The notes below the pieces were generated by a model. The model saw only the letters and a list, made by a program, of their open reading frames with translations, made no database searches and was not told the DNA's origin. Position numbers and translations under genes: made by a program. This document shows positions 51,805 to 60,185 of a stretch of 63,292 nucleotides of DNA, in pieces (within the stretch, counting starts at the first letter, position 1; each line of letters opens with the position of its first letter). The DNA comes from Eubacteriales bacterium. GTDB lineage: Bacteria; Bacillota; Clostridia; Oscillospirales; CAG-272. The stretch lies in contig JAZOWX010000042.1 in the NCBI GenBank assembly GCA_045659405.1, positions 1 to 63,292 on the forward strand, read 5' to 3'.

Positions 51805-53916
51805 TTATTCGTATTCAAGCTTTCCGCCGAATTCTCTGACAAATTTTCCCCACTCGGCATCATCGTAATTGTACTTCATAAGCCTTATTCCACCAAAGTC
51901 ATACATAATATTATACTCCTCGGTATAATGCTCCACTTGGTATGAAAGAAGTGAGCACTGTGTTGTGGAGCATAACGGTATTCTATAATAGGTCGAGAGG
52001 AATTTTTCCTCCAAAGCGGCTAAAATGGAAAGCTTTGTTTGCATATCCGCCCCTGAATATTCGCCAGAGCCTATCATAGAGTTTGACCATGCCTGCCAGG
52101 TTTTTGTGATATTTTTGCCATCAACCGTAAGAGTCAGCTTTTCGGTTTTGGGGTCGTAACATCCCGCCTCGTGTATGCTGTATTTATCGGGGTCCATATA
52201 AACCTGAAAATTTCTGAACGGATAAAATGCCGCACCGCCCCAAGCACCGTATCCGACAGCATAATCTCCGCTCGGCACGGCTGAATATCTGTTTGCTATA
52301 TTTCCAACCCCAACGAGCGTTATTTTACCAAACCCCGAACCGCTCGCCGCATCGTTTATAAAGCTGTTAAGAAGCGTTATCTGCTTGTTATCATCTGCTG
52401 TGAGTGCGCCCTTTGACCAGGCAATCATTATCTTTATTTCCTCGCCTTTACGGTATCTGCCGCTTGCGGCAAGCTCGGAAAAGGCATCCTTCATAAGCTT
52501 TTTGGCAAGTGTCAGATTATATCCGGTTACAGCAGAATATGCACTTTCAAGAGTAGGATAGTCAGTACCCGCTCCCCACTCAACTCCGTACAGTTTGCAC
52601 ACTGCCGCCATTGCCTCGGGTGTTTTTCTGTATACCGACTCCGGGTCGTTATATATGTCGTAATAATATATATCGTTCAAAAGCGCATATTGCGGCTTTG
52701 AGCCGCCTGTTGCCGTGCAGAATTTCGCACGGTTTACGGCAAGTGAAAAGGCACGGCGGAAGTTGTAATTTGAAAGTACAACAGAATTTTTGTTTCCCCT
52801 TGTTTTGTCCATTTTAGAAAGTGCCGAAAGGTTAGTATTGAAGAAAAGCGACATCGTATACGTTTCGTCAACTCGGTAAAGTCTATCCGAAAAGCTGTAT
52901 GAGGAAAGCTCCTCGGCACTTGGCAACCACTCGGTAAGCTCTCCCTTTATAAATGCGGATTTGGCGCTGCTATCGTCCATAACGTCTATTACTATTCTCG
53001 TTGTCTGATACTGCCGCTTACGCTCACCGTCAACAAGAAAATTCGTATATGAAACAAGCTCATCACCCTCGTTTTCCCAGCCGTACCAATTCTCATTTCT
53101 AACAAGAGTCATCTGTTTTTCCTCTTGCAAGGAGGCAAGCTTATACGGTCCTGCGGAAACGGTATTCGAAAGCGCTGTTCCGTAATCGGTGCTGACAAGC
53201 TCACCGTTTTTTACCTTACCCCTGTTATAGGTGTCGATATGGACAAGCCAATTTGAGGAAAGCGAGCTTAAAAAATAGTTTATATCTATCATAGTTTTTG
53301 TGACGTACCGTACGGTGAGAGAATCAACCTCATATAGTCCTACCTTGCCAAAATCCGAATTTTCTCCCGAATAGTATTTGTCAGCTCCCGCTATTGCGCT
53401 CTCTCCCGAAATATATAAATTCGCTCTGTAATTCTTCATTTTCGGGTTTAAAAGCTCTTTCATTGAAGCTATATAGTCAGCGGCAACAATGCCCTCACCG
53501 TTTTCCCATTTAGCCTCGGGATTCAGCTTTATTTCAAATACAAAGCCGGAATTAATATCATCATATTTCACGCCGTCAGGTAAAACCGAGCCGTATTTTA
53601 ACAGCTCATCTCGATGTGACGAGGTAACGTCCGTAACAGATTCCGCCATTTCGTATACCCATTGATAAATCCCACGCTCGGAATCCAGCACCGACACGTC
53701 AACAAGCGGCGAGAGTATATAATCCAGCACACTGTCATCGGCATTTGTCTGCCAGGTGTGCGGATTCCAGTTTGTCGCAAGAGCTGTGGTGTAGGTGCGA
53801 TAGGTATACTCTCCCTCTCGGCCTCCGCCGTAGCAGGAATTCAGAGAAACCAAGCAGGAACAAAGAACAGAGGCGGCAAGAATTATCAATAGACTCCTTT
53901 TAAAAAAGCATTTCAT
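51805..53916 (-). CDS. oppA: Oligopeptide ABC substrate-binding (lipo)protein
   Basis: Signal peptide with Cys residues, AKWENGEGI, SAGPYKL, LVRNENW, FRRAFSLAVNR; GGAGG RBS before ATG 53916. Confidence 0.85.
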   Translation of the reverse strand: MKCFFKRSLLIILAASVLCSCLVSLNSCYGGGREGEYTYRTYTTALATNWNPHTWQTNADDSVLDYILSPLVDVSVLDSERGIYQWVYEMAESVTDVTSSHRDELLKYGSVLPDGVKYDDINSGFVFEIKLNPEAKWENGEGIVAADYIASMKELLNPKMKNYRANLYISGESAIAGADKYYSGENSDFGKVGLYEVDSLTVRYVTKTMIDINYFLSSLSSNWLVHIDTYNRGKVKNGELVSTDYGTALSNTVSAGPYKLASLQEEKQMTLVRNENWYGWENEGDELVSYTNFLVDGERKRQYQTTRIVIDVMDDSSAKSAFIKGELTEWLPSAEELSSYSFSDRLYRVDETYTMSLFFNTNLSALSKMDKTRGNKNSVVLSNYNFRRAFSLAVNRAKFCTATGGSKPQYALLNDIYYYDIYNDPESVYRKTPEAMAAVCKLYGVEWGAGTDYPTLESAYSAVTGYNLTLAKKLMKDAFSELAASGRYRKGEEIKIMIAWSKGALTADDNKQITLLNSFINDAASGSGFGKITLVGVGNIANRYSAVPSGDYAVGYGAWGGAAFYPFRNFQVYMDPDKYSIHEAGCYDPKTEKLTLTVDGKNITKTWQAWSNSMIGSGEYSGADMQTKLSILAALEEKFLSTYYRIPLCSTTQCSLLSYQVEHYTEEYNIMYDFGGIRLMKYNYDDAEWGKFVREFGGKLEYE

Positions 53917-54092
53917 AAGCTGCACCTCCGAGCATTTTCATTATGTAAAGTTTGCTCATTTTTTAAAAAAACATACCGCACCTGATGTAAAATACCAATA
54001 CAAAACAAAAAACTTTTTTCAAAGCAACACTTTTAAAAGCTATTTTCTGTTTCAAGTCCAAGAACAAAAGAAACAAAAATTTAATCAAAGTA

Positions 54093-54121
54093 TTGACAAA
54101 TAAAAAAAGCTTTGCTATAAT
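54093..54121 (+). promoter_or_regulatory. Consensus sigmaA promoter of the tRNA
   Basis: TTGACA (54093-54098), 17 bp, TG-n-TATAAT (54116-54121). Confidence 0.85.
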
Positions 54122-54149
54122 GTATAAGCATTGAAATTAAATATCAAAC

Positions 54150-54225
54150 GGAAGGTTAGCTCAGTTGGGAGAGCATCTGCCTTACAAGCAGAGGGTCATA
54201 GGTTCGAGCCCTATACTTTCCACCA
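54150..54225 (+). tRNA. tRNA-Val (anticodon TAC)
   Basis: GGAAGGT/ACTTTCC acceptor stem, D arm GCTC/GAGC, anticodon arm TCTGC-CTTACAA-GCAGA, GGTTCGAGCCC T arm, encoded CCA. Confidence 0.97.
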
Positions 54226-54258
54226 AAAAAAACTCATCCAAAAAGGATGAGTTTTTTT
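54226..54258 (+). terminator. Intrinsic terminator after tRNA-Val
   Basis: AAAACTCATCC-AAAAA-GGATGAGTTTTTTT. Confidence 0.88.
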
Positions 54259-54331
54259 GTATATGGGCTCGAAGGGGAATCGGCACAGAGCAAACTTCCG
54301 GTGGACGTTTTTTGCACTTTTAAAAAGCGCA

Positions 54332-54360
54332 TTGACGATTTGAGAATTATGATATATAAT
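54332..54360 (+). promoter_or_regulatory. sigmaA promoter of the ABC-2 exporter
   Basis: TTGACG (54332-54337), 17 bp, TATAAT (54355-54360). Confidence 0.65.
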
Positions 54361-54480
54361 AATCTTATAAAATCAATCGGCAGTTTCAGACGGACTGCTT
54401 TCATCTTTATTAAAGAAAAGCTATGTAAAAAGGCTCATAAAAACAATATAGGTGCATTAATATAATTTGAGGTATAAAAA

Positions 54481-55371
54481 ATGATACTCGAACTCAAAAA
54501 TATTGACAAATCATTCGGTGAAAAGGAAGTTCTCAAGGGTATATCATTCACGGCAGAGGGCGGAAAAGCTTTTGGACTTCTCGGAAGAAACGGTGCGGGC
54601 AAAACGACGGCTATCCGTATTCTTATGAACGTGTTCCCTCCAAACGGCGGTGAGGTGCTTTTGGACGGTGAGCCGATAGACTATGATAAAATCGGGATAG
54701 GCTACCTGCCCGAGGAGCGCGGATTGTATCCCAAAAAGCTCATTATAGACCAGCTGGTATATTTTGCCGAGCTAAAAGGAATGAGCAAAAAGGACGCAAT
54801 AAAATCCATTGACTATTGGCTCGGACGGCTCGGAATGACAGAATACAGAAACAAGCGCCTCGATACACTTTCAAAGGGTAATCAGCAGAAAATACAGCTT
54901 GTTACAGCGCTTGCCCACGATCCGCACATAGTAATCCTGGACGAACCGTTTTCAGGTCTTGACCCCGTGAATGCTATGTTACTCAAGGACGTGGTAAAGG
55001 AACAAATATCAAAGGGCAAGATAGTTCTGTTTTCCAGCCACCAGATGAGCTATATTGAAGAATTTTGCGACAGCATAGCGATTATCAACCGTGGAAAGGT
55101 TGCTATCAGCGGTGAGCTTCAGGAGATTAAGAGAAATTACCTGCGTGACCGCTTGGTGGTAAACACTACGAAGCCGGAAGCGATAAAGGCTGACTTCGGT
55201 GCTGCCTGCACCGAGCGTGAGGACGGCTCGCTCCTGATTCAGCTTGCAAGTCCCTCTGATAAAAATGACGTAATGAAGAAGCTGGCAGAGGGCTATGACA
55301 TCGACGGAATAAAAGTTTTTGAGCCCTCGCTCAACGACATTTTCATAGAATACGCAGAAGAGCAGGTGTAA
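54481..55371 (+). CDS. ABC-2 type exporter ATPase (YhaQ/NatA-like)
   Basis: GLLGRNGAGKTT, GYLPEERGLY, LSKGNQQKIQ, LDEPFSGLDPVN, FSSH, EPSLNDIF. Confidence 0.9.
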   Translation: MILELKNIDKSFGEKEVLKGISFTAEGGKAFGLLGRNGAGKTTAIRILMNVFPPNGGEVLLDGEPIDYDKIGIGYLPEERGLYPKKLIIDQLVYFAELKGMSKKDAIKSIDYWLGRLGMTEYRNKRLDTLSKGNQQKIQLVTALAHDPHIVILDEPFSGLDPVNAMLLKDVVKEQISKGKIVLFSSHQMSYIEEFCDSIAIINRGKVAISGELQEIKRNYLRDRLVVNTTKPEAIKADFGAACTEREDGSLLIQLASPSDKNDVMKKLAEGYDIDGIKVFEPSLNDIFIEYAEEQV

Positions 55372-55374
55372 AGT

Positions 55375-56616
55375 ATGAATCAGTTTGGAAAAATTCTCAA
55401 ATTTGAGCTCACAGGATATTTGAAAAACAAAATATTCGTGGGCATTACGCTATTTCTTGTTGTAGCAATATCTATCGTTATGTTCATCCCCAACATTATT
55501 TCCGCTCTCGACTCGGGGGAGGATACTCCTGATGACACAGAGCTTCCTGTAATGCTTCTTTATGCAGAGGATGAAGCCCTTTTAGCCACCGTCACGGAAT
55601 ATTTCGTCAGCGCCTTTGCCGACTACAAGGTAACGCAGACGAGTTCTGATATCGACGCTATCAAGTCGGAGATTACCGAGGGCGTGGCGGATTGCGCATT
55701 CGTAATAAACAGCCTGACCTCTTACACCTACTACGTAAACAATCTTTCGATGTATGATATAAATACAGAGATTGCAAGCTCCGTGCTTCAAGAGGCTTAC
55801 CGAATCGGAGCTATGATTCAAAACCAGATTGCACCCGAAGCGGCGGTAGAGATTATGTCTGTAAAGGTTGAGGGCAATACCGAAGCTCTCGGAAAAGACC
55901 AGATGCAGAATTTCTTATATACCTATATAATGATTTTTGCGCTTTATATGGTTATTCTGCTTTACGGTCAGATGGTTGCAACAAACGTGGCAACCGAAAA
56001 AAGCTCAAGAGCTATGGAGCTGCTCGTAACCAGCGCCAAACCCGTGAGTATGATGTTTGGCAAGGTTATTGCCTCCTGCATTGCAGGCTTTGCGCAACTC
56101 GTTTTGATTTTCGGAACGGCAATTATGTTTTACAACATCAATAAGGAAGCGCTCACAAATCCGCTTATTGCCTCAATCTTTGATATTCCGATTGATCTGT
56201 TTATCTATATGATAATATTCTTCATTCTCGGATTCTTGATTTATGCATTTATGTTTGGAGCTATCGGCTCAACAGCATCAAAGCTTGAGGATATAAACAC
56301 GTCCGTAATGCCGATAACATTTCTGTTTATAATTGCTTTTATGGTAGTAATGTTCTCTATGAGCAGCGGCTCAATAGACAATACAGCAATGCTGATTTGC
56401 TCATATATTCCCTTTACGTCACCTATGGCTATGTTTACGAGAATTGCGATGAGCACTGTTTCTTGGTACGAGATTGCGATATCAATATCCATTCTGATAG
56501 GCTCTACCGTAGGTATCGGCTTCCTCTCTGCAAGAATTTACCGTGTTGGAGTTCTTCTTTACGGTATGCCTCCGAAATTCAGCACAATTATGAAAACTGT
56601 CTTCAAAAAGCAGTAA
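55375..56616 (+). CDS. ABC-2 type exporter permease (YhaP/NatB-like)
   Basis: 1+6 TM; VATEKSSRAMELL, MFGKV, SYIPFTSP, ARIYRVGVLLYG. Confidence 0.88.
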   Translation: MNQFGKILKFELTGYLKNKIFVGITLFLVVAISIVMFIPNIISALDSGEDTPDDTELPVMLLYAEDEALLATVTEYFVSAFADYKVTQTSSDIDAIKSEITEGVADCAFVINSLTSYTYYVNNLSMYDINTEIASSVLQEAYRIGAMIQNQIAPEAAVEIMSVKVEGNTEALGKDQMQNFLYTYIMIFALYMVILLYGQMVATNVATEKSSRAMELLVTSAKPVSMMFGKVIASCIAGFAQLVLIFGTAIMFYNINKEALTNPLIASIFDIPIDLFIYMIIFFILGFLIYAFMFGAIGSTASKLEDINTSVMPITFLFIIAFMVVMFSMSSGSIDNTAMLICSYIPFTSPMAMFTRIAMSTVSWYEIAISISILIGSTVGIGFLSARIYRVGVLLYGMPPKFSTIMKTVFKKQ

Positions 56617-56636
56617 TATTCACACTTTTGTTTACA

Positions 56637-56668
56637 AAAACCACAGTCGTTAGCTCGACTGTGGTTTT
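56637..56668 (+). terminator. Intrinsic terminator
   Basis: AAAACCACAGTCG-TTAGCT-CGACTGTGGTTTT. Confidence 0.85.
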
Positions 56669-56808
56669 ATACTTATGTGTTTTTCTTGACGAATTGTTTG
56701 CGCTAAAAAAAGTGCAAGAACTCGTGAGGTAACAAACGGCTTTGTAAACCTTTTCATTATGATACTCACAGGCGGGAACAAAATAAGCAATTTTTTTGCA
56801 AAAAAGTA

Positions 56809-56837
56809 TTGACAAACATAAAAATTCGTGCTATGCT
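56809..56837 (+). promoter_or_regulatory. sigmaA promoter of the T-box leader
   Basis: TTGACA (56809-56814), 17 bp, TG-n-TATGCT (56832-56837). Confidence 0.7.
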
Positions 56838-56844
56838 TTTGTAA

Positions 56845-57112
56845 AATGCAATGACCAAAGACAAGTAGTCGGCGTGTCGGGCTTCACAGAGAGCTGTCGG
56901 TTGGTGAGAGACAGAAAGCTTTACGTCTGCGAATACACTTTGCGAGCAGATAAGTCGAATTTTTGTAGGCTTATACGGATTCCGACCGTTACAGCGGAGG
57001 ACAATAATGCGTTTTGCACGTTGTCTTTGAGGCTCATCGCTATTGGTGGGTAAATAGAGGTGGTACAGCGGTTTATATCGCCCTCTGCTTTTTCGGCAGA
57101 GGGCTTTTTTGT
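56845..57112 (+). ncRNA. T-box riboswitch, probable specifier UAC (Tyr)
   Basis: Stem I CAAAG/CUUUG, AGUA, AGAGAG and GGUGAGA distal motifs, GAA-UAC-A at 56931-56937, CCGUUA, T-box AAUAGAGGUGGUACAGCG (57053-57070), terminator GCCCUCUGC/GCAGAGGGC-U tract (57080-57110). Confidence 0.92.
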
Positions 57113-57183
57113 TTTTTATAGCCCTGATTTCACGTCACACACAGCTCCATTAAAAGCAAATTCACATAAAAGAGGTACAAAAA

Positions 57184-58833
57184 ATGGGAACAACAATTCT
57201 GACCTGTATTTTACTCGTGCTGTTCTTCGGAACAATGATTCTCACGGGCTTATACTGCCGCAAGCACGCAACCAACGTTGACGGCTTTGTTCTTGGCGGA
57301 CGAAGCGTAGGACCGTGGCTTACGGCTTTCGCTTTCGGAACATCATACTTCTCGGCGGTTATTTTTGTCGGATATGCAGGACAGTTTGGCTGGAATTTCG
57401 GACTTGCATCTACCTGGATAGGTCTTGGAAACGCATTTATAGGCTCGCTTCTTGCCTGGGTAATACTCGGCAGACGCACTCGTCTTATGACCCAGCATAT
57501 AGAGAGCAAAACAATGCCCGACTTCTTTGAAAAAAGGTACGGCTCAAGCGCACTCAAAATAGCCGCTTCGGTAATAGTCTTTATCTTCCTTATTCCCTAT
57601 ACCGCATCGCTTTACAACGGACTTTCAAGTCTTTTCGATATTGCGTTTGACATTCCCTACTGGGTTGTTATAACGGTTATGGCTGTCCTCACCTGCATAT
57701 ACGTTCTCTTTGGCGGATATATGGCAACCGCAATAAACGACTTTATACAGGGAATTATTATGCTGGTCGGAATTATTGCCGTAATTGCTACGCTCCTGCA
57801 CTCACAGGGCGGTCTTACCGAGGCTGTCAATAAGCTTTCACAAATAGCATCACCATACCCCGAAAGCGCGGGGGCGCAAGGCGCATTCACCTCATTCTTC
57901 GGCGCACAGCCTCTTTATCTGCTAATAGTTGTTCTTCTGACCTCTTTAGGCACGTGGGGACTTCCGCAAATGGTCGGAAAATTCTATTCAATCAAAAATG
58001 AGGATGCTATCAAAAAGGGTACTATAATATCTACTCTGTTCGCAATTATCGTGGCAGGAGGCTGCTACTTTATAGGCGGCTTCGGACGTCTTTACACCAA
58101 TCTGCTTGTCGGTGAGGGGGGCGACCCGAACAGCTTAAAGAATTTTGATGCGATAATCCCCACAATTCTTTCAACGCTTCCCGATATAATTATCGCTATC
58201 GTTATCATACTCGTACTTGCGGCTTCAATGTCTACGCTTTCATCGCTTGTTCTGACCTCTGCGTCAACCCTGACGCTTGACGTTGTTTTGCCGATTATGA
58301 AAAAACGGCAGAGGATAAATGAGCTTTCAAAAGACGAGAGTCAGAAACGTCAGCTTGTTATTCTTCGTGCATTCGTCGCCTTTTTCGTAGCGATATCCGC
58401 AATTATAGCAATAGTAAAGGATATGAACCCCGAATTTACCTTTATAGCTCAAATGATGGGTGTTTCGTGGGGTACGCTTGCAGGTGCATTTATGGCGCCC
58501 TTCCTGTACGGTCTTTACAGCAAGAGAATAACCCCGACAGCCTGCGGTGTAAGCTTCGGTTTTGGTGTGGGTGTTGAGCTTATACAGCTTATCCTGATGT
58601 TTGCTGATACAAAATTCAGCCTGATTTTCGGTGAAAACGGTTTTTCTGCAGTGCTTGATTTTATATTCAAGAACTCGCTTTACTCTGGCGTATTCGCTAT
58701 GCTCGGTGGACTTATACTCGTACCGCTTGTAAGTCTGTTCACACCTGCTTGTGATAAAGCCACGGTAGATAAATCATTTTCCTGCTATGACAGCCAGGTA
58801 ACCGTTTCTGTTACCGATACGCTCGGAAAATAA
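57184..58833 (+). CDS. Sodium:solute symporter (SSS/PutP family), probable amino-acid importer
   Basis: FVLGGRSVGPW, SYFSAVIFVGYAG, TMPDFF, YVLFGG...DFIQG, WGLPQ, LAASMSTLSS; about 13 TM; T-box upstream. Confidence 0.9.
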   Translation: MGTTILTCILLVLFFGTMILTGLYCRKHATNVDGFVLGGRSVGPWLTAFAFGTSYFSAVIFVGYAGQFGWNFGLASTWIGLGNAFIGSLLAWVILGRRTRLMTQHIESKTMPDFFEKRYGSSALKIAASVIVFIFLIPYTASLYNGLSSLFDIAFDIPYWVVITVMAVLTCIYVLFGGYMATAINDFIQGIIMLVGIIAVIATLLHSQGGLTEAVNKLSQIASPYPESAGAQGAFTSFFGAQPLYLLIVVLLTSLGTWGLPQMVGKFYSIKNEDAIKKGTIISTLFAIIVAGGCYFIGGFGRLYTNLLVGEGGDPNSLKNFDAIIPTILSTLPDIIIAIVIILVLAASMSTLSSLVLTSASTLTLDVVLPIMKKRQRINELSKDESQKRQLVILRAFVAFFVAISAIIAIVKDMNPEFTFIAQMMGVSWGTLAGAFMAPFLYGLYSKRITPTACGVSFGFGVGVELIQLILMFADTKFSLIFGENGFSAVLDFIFKNSLYSGVFAMLGGLILVPLVSLFTPACDKATVDKSFSCYDSQVTVSVTDTLGK

Positions 58834-58876
58834 GCTTAAATGTAACCGAAAGTTTTCATATTATAGCAAAGCAAGA

Positions 58877-59054
58877 CTGTGCCGTTGCCACCGGTGCAAC
58901 GAGAAAAACGAGATTTTACATCAAATATCAGGATAACGAATGGGGTTGCCCGACAAAGGATGATAAAAGCCTTTTCGAGCGTTTTGTGCTTGAGCCACAT
59001 CAGGCAGGGCTTTCCCGGGAAATCATACTTAATAAAAGAAAAAACAGTTTTTGA
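58877..59054 (+). pseudogene. tag: Truncated, frameshifted remnant of DNA-3-methyladenine glycosylase I
   Basis: LCRCHRCNEKNEI (+1 shift at about 58916) YIKYQDNEWGCPTKDDKSLFERFVLEPHQAGLSREIILNKRKNSF*, matching the Tag N-terminal pattern RCxW...YHDxEWG.P..DD..LFE...LE..QAGLSW..IL.KR. Confidence 0.8.
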
Positions 59055-59062
59055 AAAATATA

Positions 59063-59100
59063 AAAGCAGTCGTGAGCATATTTATGTTCACGACTGCTTT
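59063..59100. terminator. Bidirectional intrinsic terminator
   Basis: AAAGCAGTCGTGAGCAT...ATGTTCACGACTGCTTT. Confidence 0.85.
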
Positions 59101-59117
59101 GTTATGTAAGTTTTTGT

Positions 59118-59831
59118 TTACTTATTTGCCGGTTCTTCTGTTTTATGCAGTTCATTTTCCTCTGCCTGTGGCAAAAGCATTGGCTCGTTTTTCTGAATTG
59201 TTTGCGGATTTGGTTCTTTTTTGGTATCACGTTGAGATTTGAATAGCATCTTCAGCTTATCGAGCTTTGCTCGTTTTTCAGGCTTTTCAGGAGCTTTTTC
59301 TTCCACCGGTCTTCCTGTGAGCTTTTTGATTGCATCACCGACAGCGGTAACAGGCTTCTTTATCACCTCTATGTCCATTTTTATTGCAACAGTCAGCATA
59401 TCAACCTCTGCTTCAACGCAGAACACAACCGCCTCAAAGAGTATTTGTATAACCCAACCTATAATAGAAAGACCTATAAGTACTATATCAACTACGGTTA
59501 TATTCCCCGAAGCGATTATCGCACCGTAAATAAGACCGCCGAGCGTCATAGTTTTTATAAAGAGCTTGGAATATTTTAAAGCCCTTTTGGTAAGCTTCTT
59601 CATTTTCTTTTCGTTTTTGCCCGACATATTCCTTGTGACAATGAAGAAAACGAAATACGCCGCCGACAAAACAGCAAGAATGACATTTGCGATTGAATTA
59701 CCTATCCCTGCGCAAATTGCATAGCAAAAATATGCAATCATTAAAAGCTGTGTTGTAAGCGATATCAAAAAGCCAAGCCTTTTAAAATCCGAAGCAATCT
59801 TTTTTATGGCAGTCTGTGTATAGTCAAACAT
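59118..59831 (-). CDS. Hypothetical membrane protein (4 TM plus charged tail)
   Basis: GGAG RBS, four hydrophobic segments, Lys/Glu/Pro-rich C-terminus; no family recognised. Confidence 0.75.
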   Translation of the reverse strand: MFDYTQTAIKKIASDFKRLGFLISLTTQLLMIAYFCYAICAGIGNSIANVILAVLSAAYFVFFIVTRNMSGKNEKKMKKLTKRALKYSKLFIKTMTLGGLIYGAIIASGNITVVDIVLIGLSIIGWVIQILFEAVVFCVEAEVDMLTVAIKMDIEVIKKPVTAVGDAIKKLTGRPVEEKAPEKPEKRAKLDKLKMLFKSQRDTKKEPNPQTIQKNEPMLLPQAEENELHKTEEPANK

Positions 59832-59942
59832 AAAAAACTCCTATCAAATCAAAATAACAGTACAAGCTGTACTGTTATAACTATACCACAAAACACAGAG
59901 ATTTTCAAGTAGATTCACGCATTTAAAGCTCGGCCAATATTA

Positions 59943-59978
59943 AAGCGGTGACCCCAAAAAAACAGAGTGTCACCGCTT
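59943..59978 (-). terminator. Probable terminator of the feo operon
   Basis: AAGCGGTGAC...GTCACCGCTT inverted repeat just after the last feo gene. Confidence 0.65.
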
Positions 59979-59996
59979 GGACTTTTTTAAGTAAAA

Positions 59997-60173
59997 TCAG
60001 TTATCCGCATTGCCGTCTTTTTTGTGATTAGCACAGCCGCTACAGCTTCCGCCGCACTGCTTTGCATAAGGACAGCCGATGCATTTTTCGCCACGCTTTT
60101 TAGCTCTGTATAAATACAAGCCGATAGCGCCGACAATCAAAACGAGTATTACTACAATGATAACGTCTTCCAT
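59997..60173 (-). CDS. FeoB-associated Cys-rich membrane protein (58 aa, below the ORF-track cutoff)
   Basis: MEDVIIVVILVLIVGAIGLYLYRAKKRGEKCIGCPYAKQCGGSCSGCANHKKDGNADN; directly after feoB. Confidence 0.9.
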   Translation of the reverse strand: MEDVIIVVILVLIVGAIGLYLYRAKKRGEKCIGCPYAKQCGGSCSGCANHKKDGNADN

Positions 60174-60185
60174 AATTTAAAACCC

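Noticed and set aside
54150-56616. tRNA-Val as an integration site for an island
   Set aside because: No integrase and no direct repeat of the tRNA 3' end seen in the window
56796-57281. Short ORFs in the leader of the SSS gene
   Set aside because: The region is explained by the T-box riboswitch
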